A program made the position numbers and the translations under genes. Of a stretch of DNA of 64,000 bases, positions 1 through 8,965 are shown one piece after another. Within the stretch, counting starts at the first letter, position 1, and each line of letters opens with the position of its first letter. The notes under the pieces are model-generated. The model ran no database searches. It worked only from the letters and a program-made list of their open reading frames with translations, and had not been told where the DNA came from. This stretch comes from Rubrivivax sp. (GTDB taxonomy: Bacteria; Pseudomonadota; Gammaproteobacteria; Burkholderiales; Burkholderiaceae_C): NCBI GenBank assembly GCA_021298085.1, contig JAJTDE010000005.1, forward strand, positions 456 through 64,455, in the 5' to 3' direction.

Positions 1-285
1 CCGAGTGGCCCGTCGAGGAGGCTGGGTCGACCGGTATCGCCCTGCCGCCCGGCCCGCGGGACAGCGTGGTGTCGGACACGGCTGCTGACGCCACACCGGG
101 CCCAGTGCTCGGCACCGCCTTGGGTACGCCGTGAGGCCGCTGGGGCGCACCATCCATCGCGTGCGGGTGCGGTTCATCGCGTCTTGTCCGCAGCCTGTCG
201 CACATCGGTGGCGGGCAGTGGGCGTGCTTTCTACAGTCCACCCATCGACACACCACTGGCCCCCAGCGGCCTCACAGGACACACC

Positions 286-480
286 ATGAACGCCACCTTC
301 AGCCAACGTTTCACTGCAGTCACCTTTGCCGTGGTGATGACACTCGGCATGCTGGTGGGTGTGGACGGCCTGGCCACCCAGGACACGTCAGCCTCTGCCG
401 GCTGGGCTCAGCAGCAGCCCACCGTGCCGGCGCGCGCTGCGGCCGCCAATGAGCCGGTCAAGGCCGCCAAGTCTGCCTGA
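286..480 (+). CDS. Small hypothetical protein (64 aa) with N-terminal hydrophobic/signal-like segment
   Basis: ATG at 286 preceded by AGGA-like RBS; hydrophobic stretch FTAVTFAVVMTLGMLVGV then Ala/Pro/Gln-rich tail; followed by a terminator. Confidence 0.6.
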   Translation: MNATFSQRFTAVTFAVVMTLGMLVGVDGLATQDTSASAGWAQQQPTVPARAAAANEPVKAAKSA

Positions 481-560
481 GGCGCGTGCCTGAAGCGCCC
501 GAAACACCCGACAGGATCGACACGCATGGTTTGACTCTGTATTCGTCCTCCAGAGTTGGC

Positions 561-595
561 CCCCCCAGCCGCCAGGCTGCGGGGGTCTTTTTTTT
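561..595 (+). terminator. Rho-independent terminator
   Basis: CCCCCCAGCC-GCCA-GGCTG(C)GGGGG stem followed by TC and 8 T. Confidence 0.8.
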
Positions 596-620
596 GGGCG
601 GGTCACTGCCGCGCGGTGCG

Positions 621-1493
621 TCAGGCCAGCACGCCGCGCCGGAAGTCGTCCAGGGCCTGGTAGAGCTCTTCCTGGCGGTTCATCACAAAGGGGCCGTACT
701 GGGCAATCGGTTCGTTCAGCGGTTGGCCCGCCACCAGCAGAACACGCGCGGCGCCTTGAGTGGCCTGCAGCCGGACGCCGCTTGGCGAGGTGTCATCGGC
801 TGACGGGTTGGCCAGGATGGCCATGCGCTGGGCGGGCACCGGGGTGCCCGCGATGTCCACGTGGCCCTGGTACACATACACCAGGACGTTATGGCTGGCC
901 GGCAGCGGCTGCTCCAGGCTGGCGCCGGCATCGAGGTGGATGTCCAGCACGGTGGGCTGCGTGGCGGCACGGTCGATCAGGCCCCGCACCCCCAGCGCCT
1001 GGCCGGCGATCACCTTGACACGCAGGCCCGGGCCCTGTGCCTCGGGCAGCTCGGCCGGGCTGATGTCGCGGTACCAGGGGGCACACAGCTTGTCGCGGGC
1101 CGGCAGGTTCAGCCAGAGCTGGAAACCCGCCATGCGGCCTTCCTGCTGCTCGGGCATCTCGCTGTGGACAACCCCGCGGCCGGCGGTCATCCACTGCACG
1201 CTGCCCGATACCAGCAGCCCTTCGTTGCCGGCGCTGTCGCGGTGGCGCATCCGGCCCTCGAGCATGTAGGTGATGGTCTCGAAGCCGCGGTGGGGGTGGT
1301 CGGGAAAGCCGCCGATGTAGTCGCTGGCGCTGTCGGAGCCGAAGGCGTCGAGCATCAGGAAGGGGTCGAGGCGGCGCTGCAGGTTCTGTGTCAGTACCCG
1401 GGTGAGCCGCACGCCATCGCCGTCGCTGGTGGCCTGGCCGGCGATCAGGCGCTCCACGCGGCGCGGGGTGAAGGGGAGTGCAGGGTTGTCCAT
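621..1493 (-). CDS. Pirin family protein
   Basis: Motifs DPFLMLD, GFPDHPHRGFETITY, HRDS.GN, QWMTAGRGVVHSEMP, GPFVMN. Confidence 0.95.
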   Translation of the reverse strand: MDNPALPFTPRRVERLIAGQATSDGDGVRLTRVLTQNLQRRLDPFLMLDAFGSDSASDYIGGFPDHPHRGFETITYMLEGRMRHRDSAGNEGLLVSGSVQWMTAGRGVVHSEMPEQQEGRMAGFQLWLNLPARDKLCAPWYRDISPAELPEAQGPGLRVKVIAGQALGVRGLIDRAATQPTVLDIHLDAGASLEQPLPASHNVLVYVYQGHVDIAGTPVPAQRMAILANPSADDTSPSGVRLQATQGAARVLLVAGQPLNEPIAQYGPFVMNRQEELYQALDDFRRGVLA

Positions 1494-1527
1494 GCGCAGA
1501 TCCTAAGCCGACGCCGCGGTCGCCGGT

Positions 1528-2412
1528 GTGAAAGGCTTTGAGCACAGCGTTCTGGGTAAGCTTGTGGCTGTGTCGCTGAATCCCTCGCTGTCCCCGCTCA
1601 AGCTCGGTCTGGCCCACCGGCGCCGCCTGCGCGACATCTGGCGCTCGGCGGGCTGGCCCTGCCAGGACCTGCTGGAGGCCGAACTGCTGGCCAGCGGCTG
1701 GCTGGAACGGGTGCGCGACGCCCATGGGCGCGACAGCCTGCGGGTGACGGACGCCGGCGTCGAACAGCTGGTTCACACTCTGCAGCACAACCGCGCGGCG
1801 CGTGACGAGCACGAGCAGTTGGTGGCACGGGTCGCGCGTGAGATGCAGCGGGCCGGACGCATCGTCTGGCGTGGGCTCAGCCTGCGGGCGCCGCTGGTGG
1901 ATGGGCCTGTCGAGTCGGCCGACCGGCGCGACGGGGATGCTGAGGTGGACGGCGACGAGGCCATGGGGTGCGATCCGGTCGTGGGCCGCTCAGGTGCCGC
2001 CGTGCAGTGGGTGATGGCCATGCCCGACGTCTTCTCGGTGCGCCACACCACGGTGGAGGCCTACCTGCAGCCCGTGGTGCACGAGATCAAGGTGCGCCGT
2101 TCCGACCTGCTGTCCGACCTGCGCCAGGTGCGCAAGCGCAAGGCCTACCTGGCGCTGGGGGGTGAGTGCTGGTATGTGCTGGCGGCCGGCGTGGGCGGTG
2201 CTGACGACGTGCCGCCGGATTGCGGTGTGATGCTGGCACACCGCGGTCCCGCCAGCGTGGCGGCAGAGCCGGGGGCGCAGGCCTTTGGCGCGCTGGAGGT
2301 CCTGCGGCCGGCGCCGCGCCGGGCGGTGGCCCTGTCGTTTGGCACCTGGATGAGCCTGGCCAGGGCAAACGCCGAACCTGCACTGGACGCTGATGAGCAG
2401 GGGCTGCTGTAA
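1528..2412 (+). CDS. Hypothetical protein with PD-(D/E)xK-like (MmcB-like) nuclease motif; start uncertain
   Basis: PDVFS...HEIKVRRSDLLSDL...K.KAY...CWYV pattern in the C-terminal half. Confidence 0.6.
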   Translation: MKGFEHSVLGKLVAVSLNPSLSPLKLGLAHRRRLRDIWRSAGWPCQDLLEAELLASGWLERVRDAHGRDSLRVTDAGVEQLVHTLQHNRAARDEHEQLVARVAREMQRAGRIVWRGLSLRAPLVDGPVESADRRDGDAEVDGDEAMGCDPVVGRSGAAVQWVMAMPDVFSVRHTTVEAYLQPVVHEIKVRRSDLLSDLRQVRKRKAYLALGGECWYVLAAGVGGADDVPPDCGVMLAHRGPASVAAEPGAQAFGALEVLRPAPRRAVALSFGTWMSLARANAEPALDADEQGLL

Positions 2413-2440
2413 TCCAGGTCTTGCCCCTGACCTGAGCGCC

Positions 2441-4096
2441 ATGACCGCTGCCCTGAACCGAGTTGTCGCCCCTGACCAGTCCGCCGTGCTGTGGCCACGC
2501 CCCCCGCGCCTTCGGTCGTGGCGCGCCGTGGCATTGACGCTGACGCTGGCCGCCAGCTTGGTGCCGCTGACAGCCCACCCCAACCCGGCGGCGGTGGCCG
2601 CCCCGGCCGCGCCATCGTTTCCGTCGACCAATGTCGCTTGGCAGGCCGCGGCGGTGGATGCCGACGTCGACCGCCTGCTGGCCCAGGCGCGCCGCGAGAA
2701 CAAGCCCTTGCTGCTGTACTGGGGCGCGACCTGGTGCCCACCCTGCAACCGGCTGAAGGCCAGTTTCTTCAACCAGCAGGAATTTGCCGTGCAGGCGCGT
2801 TCGCTGCTGGCGGTGCACGTGGATGGCGACCGCCCCGGCGCGCAGAAGCTGGGTGCCCGCTTCAAGGTGCGCGGCTACCCCACCGTCATCGTCTTTGACG
2901 CCGGTGGCGCGGAGCTCAGCCGCCTGCCCGGCGAAGCCGAGCCAGCGCAGATCCTGGCCGTGATGCGCAACGCCCTGGCGGGTGGGCGCCCGATCAAGGC
3001 CGTGCTCGCCGACGCGCGCGCAGGCCGCACGCTGAGTGCCAACGAATGGCGGTTGCTGGCCTACTACGGCTGGGAGATCGACGAAGACCAGCTGGTGCCG
3101 GCCAATGACCGGCCCGCCCTGCTGGCCGAGCTGGCCTCGCGCAGCGGCAGCGTGGCCGACGCCGAGACGTCCATGCGACTGTGGCTGAAGGCACTGGCGG
3201 CCAGCGACGACGGCAAGGGCCTCAAACCCGATGCTGCGCTGCGCCAGCGAGTGCAACGGGTGCTCAGCGAACCCGCGGTCGCGCGGGCCCAGGTGGACGT
3301 GCTGCTGTACGGTGCCGACGACATGCTCAAGGCCCTGACCGAGGCCGAATCACCCGAGCGCAAGGCCCTGGGGGCGCAGTTTGACGCGGCGCTCGCCCGA
3401 CTGCAGGCCGACCAGAGCCTCTCCCGCGATGACCGGCTCAGTGCGCTGCTGGCCCGTGTCAGTGTGGCGCGGGTGGACACCGCCCGCACGGACACCCAGC
3501 CCAAGCTGCCCGAGCCCTTGCTGCGCGAGGTGCGTGAGCTCAGCACCCGGATGGACCGCGAGATCACCGACGGCTACGAACGGCAGAGCGTGATCACCTC
3601 GGCCGCCCACCTGCTTTCCCAGGCTGGGCTGTGGGCCGACAGCGACGCCTTGCTGAAGGCCAACCTGAGCCGCAGCCACTCGCCCTACTACCTGATGAGC
3701 CAGCTGGGTGGCAATGCGCGGCGCCTGGGCCGCAAGGAAGAGGCCCTGCGCTGGTACGAGCAGGCCTACCAGCAATCCAGCGGGCCGGCCACGCGGCTGC
3801 AGTGGGGCGCCAGCTACGTGTCGGCCCTGGTGGAGCTGTCGCCACAGGACGCCCCGCGCATCGAGCGCGCCGTCAGCGCAGTGCTGACGGATGCTGCCCA
3901 GGACAAGGCGGCGTTCTACGAACGCAGCGCGCGTTCCCTGCAGCGGGTGGGCACCCAGCTGCAGAAGTGGAACGAGTCCGGCCAGCACGCCGCCGTGCTG
4001 CAGCGCTTGCGCCGACAGCTGGACGGCGTGTGCGGCAAGCTGGACAGCGCCGATGCGCAGAAGGCCGCGTGCGAGCGGGTGCTCAAGCCGGCCTGA
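2441..4096 (+). CDS. Exported thioredoxin-family protein with C-terminal helical/TPR-like repeats
   Basis: Signal-like N-terminus, YWGATWCPPC CxxC motif, RFKVRGYPTVIVFD, TPR-like GRKEEALRWYEQAY; start 2441 chosen over 2393. Confidence 0.75.
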   Translation: MTAALNRVVAPDQSAVLWPRPPRLRSWRAVALTLTLAASLVPLTAHPNPAAVAAPAAPSFPSTNVAWQAAAVDADVDRLLAQARRENKPLLLYWGATWCPPCNRLKASFFNQQEFAVQARSLLAVHVDGDRPGAQKLGARFKVRGYPTVIVFDAGGAELSRLPGEAEPAQILAVMRNALAGGRPIKAVLADARAGRTLSANEWRLLAYYGWEIDEDQLVPANDRPALLAELASRSGSVADAETSMRLWLKALAASDDGKGLKPDAALRQRVQRVLSEPAVARAQVDVLLYGADDMLKALTEAESPERKALGAQFDAALARLQADQSLSRDDRLSALLARVSVARVDTARTDTQPKLPEPLLREVRELSTRMDREITDGYERQSVITSAAHLLSQAGLWADSDALLKANLSRSHSPYYLMSQLGGNARRLGRKEEALRWYEQAYQQSSGPATRLQWGASYVSALVELSPQDAPRIERAVSAVLTDAAQDKAAFYERSARSLQRVGTQLQKWNESGQHAAVLQRLRRQLDGVCGKLDSADAQKAACERVLKPA

Positions 4097-4135
4097 ACAC
4101 GGCCTGCGGCCCCCCCCCCCTCTGCGTCGTGCTCC

Positions 4136-4744
4136 TTACTTCAGGAAACCTTCGGCCCGCAGCGCCGCCTGCACGGCCGGGCGGGCGCGTACACGCGCCA
4201 GGAAGGCGACCAGGCGGCTGTAGGCCGACAGGTCCACACCCACCAGGTGGCCCCAGCCGGCCACGGTGAACAGGTAGCCGTCGGCGACGGTGAAGCGGTC
4301 GCCCAGCAGGTAGTCGCGCCCCTCGAGCTGGCTGTCCACCCAGCGGAAGCGGTCCTGCAGCTTGGCGCGGTACAGCGCCTTGCCTTCGTCCGGCATCGCC
4401 GGGTTGAACAAGGGGCTGAAACCCTTGTGCAGTTCGCTGGTGATGAAGTTGAGCCACTCGATGAGCCGGTAGCGCGCCATCGTGCCGGCAGGCGGGGCGA
4501 GGCCGGACTCTGGTGCCAGGTCAGCGATGTACTGGACGATGGCCGGGCCTTCCGACAGGCGTTCGCCGTTGTCGAGCTCCAGCAGCGGCACGTAGCCCTT
4601 GGGGTTGAGCGTGTAGAAGTCGGTGCCATCGGCCAGCTGGTGGGTCTTGGTGCTGGCCAGCACGGCGTCGAAGGGCAGGCCGGCTTCGCGCAGGGCGATA
4701 TGCGGGCTGAGTGAGCAGGCGCCGGGGCTGTAGTAGAGCTTCAT
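4136..4744 (-). CDS. gstA: Glutathione S-transferase (beta class)
   Basis: MKLYYSPGACSLSPHIAL, NPKGYVPLL, LSEGPAIVQY, FTVADGYLF. Confidence 0.93.
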   Translation of the reverse strand: MKLYYSPGACSLSPHIALREAGLPFDAVLASTKTHQLADGTDFYTLNPKGYVPLLELDNGERLSEGPAIVQYIADLAPESGLAPPAGTMARYRLIEWLNFITSELHKGFSPLFNPAMPDEGKALYRAKLQDRFRWVDSQLEGRDYLLGDRFTVADGYLFTVAGWGHLVGVDLSAYSRLVAFLARVRARPAVQAALRAEGFLK

Positions 4745-4872
4745 GGTGGGTCCTTCCGCAGTGGAAAAGCAGCACAAGCCGGCGACGTTACGCGCAAGTG
4801 GGGCGGCAGTGGCCGGGGAGATTTGTCGTGAGCATTCAAGGTGGTGCAATGCCGGGCCGAGAATCACCCTTG

Positions 4873-6435
4873 ATGAGCACCCACGCTGACCCAGCGGGCC
4901 ACCGCCCTCCACGCGCCTGGCCAGGCGCCGCCGCCTGGCCGCTGCCGCGCCGGTGGCGTTGGGTGGTGCTGATGGCCCTGGCGGGCCTGGGCCTAGCCGG
5001 TGGTGCATGGGCACAGCCTGGGCCAGACCCCTTGCTCAAGCCCTGCCGCCTCAAGGGCTTGTCCCAGGACGCCTGGTGCGGCAGCCTGCCGCGCCCTCTG
5101 GACCCCGCCGTACCGTCGGGGCCGCAGATTGACGTGCAGTTTGTGGTGCTTCCAGCGCTGGCCCGCCACAAGAAGCCAGACCCGATCGTTTTCCTGGCCG
5201 GTGGCCCTGGCCAGAGCGCAGTGTCCTTGGCGCCGATGGTGGCCCGGCAGTTCTCGCGCAGCCTGAACCGCCGCGACCTGGTCCTGGTGGACCAGCGCGG
5301 CACCGGACGCAGTGCGCCACTGGACTGCGGCGATGAAAGCCCCGGTCGTCCGCTGGCCGATGCCAGCATCGACACCCAGCTGCGTGAACTGGCCCAGTGC
5401 CGGGAGCGCTTGCAGCGCCTGCCCCATGGCCAGCTGCAGCACTACAGCACCACCGTGGCGATGGCCGACCTGGACGCCGTGCGCGCGGCGCTGCAGGCCC
5501 CCCGCATCAACCTGGTGGGCGCCTCTTACGGCACCCGCGCGGCACTGGAGTACCAGCGGCAGTTTCCCGAACGGGTGCGCCGCACCGTGCTGGACGGCGT
5601 GGCACCGCCTGACATGGTGCTGCCGCAGAGCTTCGGGCAGGACACGCAGACCGCCCTGAAGACGCTGTTTGCTGCCTGTGATGCCGATGCGATGTGCGCG
5701 GCCCGGTATGGCCCCTTGCGGCCCAAGTGGGACGGCCTGCTGGCCAGCCTGCCACGCACCGTCATCCTGACGCACCCGCTGACCGCGGTGCAGGAAACCG
5801 TCACGCTGACACCCGACATGCTCACGAGCTGGGTGCGCTTGCCCTTGTACGTGCCCAGCCTGACCGCTGCGCTTCCACAGGCCTTGCACGAGGCGTCCCA
5901 AGGCCGCTTTGCGCCCTTGCTGGGCCTGGCCAGCAGCCTGGGCGGCGGACGCTCGCGGGCCACGCGGCTGGCCATGGGCCAGCACTTTTCGGTGGTCTGC
6001 GCCGAGGACGTGCCGCGCATGGCGCCCGGGGGTTCGGGCTTCTCCGACCTGTACCGGCGCGCCTGCGCCGATTGGCCGCGGGCGACCATTCCCGACGCGT
6101 TTTACACCGTGCCACCGGCGAAGACACCGGTGCTGGTCTTCAGTGGGGGCGCTGACCCGGCCACGCCCCCGCGCCACGGCGAGCGCGTGACGCAGGCGCT
6201 GGGCGCGCAGGCTCGGCACCGGGTGGTGCCTGGTGCTGGCCACGGTGTGATGAGCCTGCCCTGCCTGCGCGATGCCGTGCACCGCTTCATCGACGCCGAC
6301 GACCCTGCCGCCGCGCTGGCCACCGACCTCAGCTGCGCACAGCAGGTGCCGCGCGCCACCATCTTCCAGCCGGTGCAGCCGGCGACGCGCGCCGCGTCTG
6401 CGGCGGGCCAGGGCGGCGGGCAGGAGCGGCCATGA
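4873..6435 (+). CDS. Exported alpha/beta hydrolase, TAP-like peptidase family
   Basis: LAGGPG oxyanion motif, DQRGTG, GASYG nucleophile, DPATP (Asp), GHGV (His), paired Cys; N-terminal TM/signal; start uncertain. Confidence 0.85.
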   Translation: MSTHADPAGHRPPRAWPGAAAWPLPRRWRWVVLMALAGLGLAGGAWAQPGPDPLLKPCRLKGLSQDAWCGSLPRPLDPAVPSGPQIDVQFVVLPALARHKKPDPIVFLAGGPGQSAVSLAPMVARQFSRSLNRRDLVLVDQRGTGRSAPLDCGDESPGRPLADASIDTQLRELAQCRERLQRLPHGQLQHYSTTVAMADLDAVRAALQAPRINLVGASYGTRAALEYQRQFPERVRRTVLDGVAPPDMVLPQSFGQDTQTALKTLFAACDADAMCAARYGPLRPKWDGLLASLPRTVILTHPLTAVQETVTLTPDMLTSWVRLPLYVPSLTAALPQALHEASQGRFAPLLGLASSLGGGRSRATRLAMGQHFSVVCAEDVPRMAPGGSGFSDLYRRACADWPRATIPDAFYTVPPAKTPVLVFSGGADPATPPRHGERVTQALGAQARHRVVPGAGHGVMSLPCLRDAVHRFIDADDPAAALATDLSCAQQVPRATIFQPVQPATRAASAAGQGGGQERP

Positions 6436-7205
6436 TCGACGTGCAGTCCTTGCACAAGCGTTTTGTGCAGGCCGGTGGCCTGCCCTGGCGGCGCAGCACG
6501 CGCACCGTGCACGCCGTGCAAGGGGTGGCCTTCCAGGCGGCCGATGGCCAGATCCTGGGCCTGCTGGGCCCCAACGGCGCTGGCAAGACCACCAGCCTGC
6601 GCATGGTGGCAGGCTTGATCCGACCTGACGAGGGTGCCGTGCAGGTGGATGGCGTAGACGTGGCCCGCGAGCCCGCGGCGGCCTTGGCGCGCCTGGGTGT
6701 GCTGTCAGACGCCCGAGGCCTGTATGCGCGGCTGACCGCGCGCGAGAACATCCGCTACTTTGCGCGGCTGCAGGGCATGGACGCAGGCCGCACCGAGCAA
6801 CGCATCGACGAACTGGCCGAGGCGCTGGACATGCGCCCGCTGCTGGACCGCCGCACCGACGGCTTCAGCCAGGGCGAACGCATGAAGACCTCGCTGGCTC
6901 GCGCCCTGATCCACGATCCGCCCAACATCATCCTGGACGAGCCGACCAACGGGCTCGATGTGCTGGCCACGCGGTCGTTGCGCGAGGTGCTGCGCCGGCT
7001 GCGGGATGAACACCACAAGTGCATCGTCTTCTCGACCCACATCATGCAGGAGGTGGAGCGCCTGTGTGACCGCGTGGTGGTGGTCGCCCACGGGAAGACG
7101 GTTGCCCAGGGAACGGTGGCCGAACTCTCGCAGCAGGCCGGCACCGACGACTTCGAGGACGCCTTTGTGCGCCTGGCCTTTGCCGGCACGGAGCGGCAGC
7201 CATGA
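6432..7205 (+). CDS. ABC transporter ATP-binding protein (NatA-like)
   Basis: Walker A GPNGAGKTT, signature FSQGE, Walker B IILDEPT, H-loop STH; 4-nt overlap with upstream gene. Confidence 0.92.
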   Translation: MIDVQSLHKRFVQAGGLPWRRSTRTVHAVQGVAFQAADGQILGLLGPNGAGKTTSLRMVAGLIRPDEGAVQVDGVDVAREPAAALARLGVLSDARGLYARLTARENIRYFARLQGMDAGRTEQRIDELAEALDMRPLLDRRTDGFSQGERMKTSLARALIHDPPNIILDEPTNGLDVLATRSLREVLRRLRDEHHKCIVFSTHIMQEVERLCDRVVVVAHGKTVAQGTVAELSQQAGTDDFEDAFVRLAFAGTERQP

Positions 7206-8374
7206 CCGGGTCTCGTGTGGCCTGGTCGGTCTTCACCAAGGAGCTGCTGGATGCGCTGCGCGACCGGCGCACCTTGCTGATCGTGCTGTTGAGCTCGGTG
7301 GTGCTCGGGCCGCTGGCGCTGCTGCTGATCTCGTCGCTGGTCGCGGGGCTGGAGCAGCGCGCCGAGGCGCGCAAGCTGGTGGTGCAGGGCATCGAGCACG
7401 CCCCGACCTTGCGCAATTACCTGGAGCGCCAGACCTATGTGATCGAGGCCCCGCCGGCTGACTTCGAGCGGCTGCTGCGCGACAGCAAGCTCGGTGAGCC
7501 GGTGCTGGTGGTGCCTGAGGGTTTTGAAGAGGGCTTGCGCACGGCCGACCCGCCGATGCTGGAGGTGGTCAGCAGCAGTGGCAACCAGCGCGCCCAGGCC
7601 GGGGTGGGGCGGGTGCAGCGTCTTTTGCAAGGTTTCGCCCAGGAACAGGCGGCTTTGCGCCTGGGTTCGCGCGGGGTCGCCAGTGCCCTGCTGGAGCCCA
7701 TCGTGGTGGACGAACGCGATGTGGCCACGCGTGCCTCGCGCGCGGCCCAGTTGGCGGTCATCGTGCCCTTCTGTGTGCTGATGGCCGTGCTGTATGGGGC
7801 CATGGGCGCGGCGCTGGACACCACCGCCGGCGAGCGGGAGCGGGGCTCTCTGGAGCCGCTGCTGATGAACCCGGCCACGCCGGTGCAGCTGACGCTGGGC
7901 AAGTGGGCGGCCGTGGCCAGTGTGGCGATGCTGATTGCGGCGCTGAGCTGCCTGTCCTTCATCCCGGCGCAGTGGCTGGTCAAGAGTGAATCGGTGTCGG
8001 CCATGTTCCAGTACGGGCTGGGTGAGGCCGGCCGCTTCTTGACCATCCTGTTGCCCCTGGCGGGTGCCCTGGCGGCGCTGCTGATGGCGGTGGCCATTCG
8101 CTGCAAGAGCTTCAAGGAAGCCCAGGCGAATGCCGCGGTGGTGCTGTTTGCGGTGTCCTTGACGCCGCTGTTCAGCATGTTCAGCCAGAGCGGCGAGGAG
8201 CCCTGGCACCTGTGGGTGCCGGCGCTGGGCCAGACGGTGCTGATGGCGCGGGTGCTGCGGGGCGAAGCCAGCCCGGTGGGTGACCCGCTCACGGCCCTGG
8301 TTGTCTGCCTGGTGCTGTGCCTGCTGTGCCTGGTGTATGTGGCCAGCAGCCTGCGGTCGGCCGCGCTGAAGTGA
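7202..8374 (+). CDS. ABC-2 type permease (NatB-like)
   Basis: KELLDALRDRRT start, AGERERGSLEPLL motif, multiple TM segments; 4-nt overlap. Confidence 0.88.
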   Translation: MTGSRVAWSVFTKELLDALRDRRTLLIVLLSSVVLGPLALLLISSLVAGLEQRAEARKLVVQGIEHAPTLRNYLERQTYVIEAPPADFERLLRDSKLGEPVLVVPEGFEEGLRTADPPMLEVVSSSGNQRAQAGVGRVQRLLQGFAQEQAALRLGSRGVASALLEPIVVDERDVATRASRAAQLAVIVPFCVLMAVLYGAMGAALDTTAGERERGSLEPLLMNPATPVQLTLGKWAAVASVAMLIAALSCLSFIPAQWLVKSESVSAMFQYGLGEAGRFLTILLPLAGALAALLMAVAIRCKSFKEAQANAAVVLFAVSLTPLFSMFSQSGEEPWHLWVPALGQTVLMARVLRGEASPVGDPLTALVVCLVLCLLCLVYVASSLRSAALK

Positions 8375-8414
8375 GCCGGCGCGGCGCCCTGTCGCCCGCG
8401 TTCCCCCGCGCGGG

Positions 8415-8684
8415 TCAGCGCGGGGTGGGTGACGGCGCGGTGGCGCGTTCGAGCCGCATCAGCCCCTGCAGCGCAGCATCGGCCGACTGAGCGCACAGCC
8501 CTGGCGAGGGCTGAAGTGAGCGGCACACGGCGGGGCGGCGAGCGTCGCCAAACAGGCGGCAGCGAAGCTGTTCATCAAGTTGTATGCAGCGCACCCCCGC
8601 GGGCTTGCCGTTGGGCATGCCCGGGATGGGCGACGAGATGGAGGGGGCGATGCAGCAGGCGCCGCAAGACGGTCGGCATTCCAT
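8415..8684 (-). CDS. YkgJ family Cys-cluster (Zn/Fe-chelating) protein
   Basis: CRPSCGACC...RC...RC...RPAVC pattern. Confidence 0.85.
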   Translation of the reverse strand: MECRPSCGACCIAPSISSPIPGMPNGKPAGVRCIQLDEQLRCRLFGDARRPAVCRSLQPSPGLCAQSADAALQGLMRLERATAPSPTPR

Positions 8685-8965
8685 GGTGGTTGGGGTGAAT
8701 CTTTTGATAGCGCTTTGCGATTAAAAAGAACGCAGCGATTGTCAAAAACTCTCGCATGGCGGCCTGGCGGCGGTGCGGGCTTCGCCAGCAAAGGTCAAGT
8801 TCATGGCCCTGGGTGACGTCCACGGCATCATCGCATTCAGGGTGGGCGAAGATTGGGTGACGTACCGTGTGGCCGCGGCGGGGTTGCTGGCCCTCAAGGC
8901 CCTGCTGGCGCCTCGGCACGCAGGTTCCTAAAATCGCGGGTTTGGCCTCGCGCACAAGGAACCCC

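Noticed and set aside
4110-4120. C11 homopolymer between convergent genes as a phase-variation site
   Set aside because: Intergenic at two 3' ends, so slippage would not change a frame or promoter spacing; may also be a homopolymer sequencing artefact
8685-8965. AT-rich patch upstream of mnmG as oriC (as in E. coli)
   Set aside because: No DnaA boxes or 13-mer-like repeats seen; more likely divergent promoters
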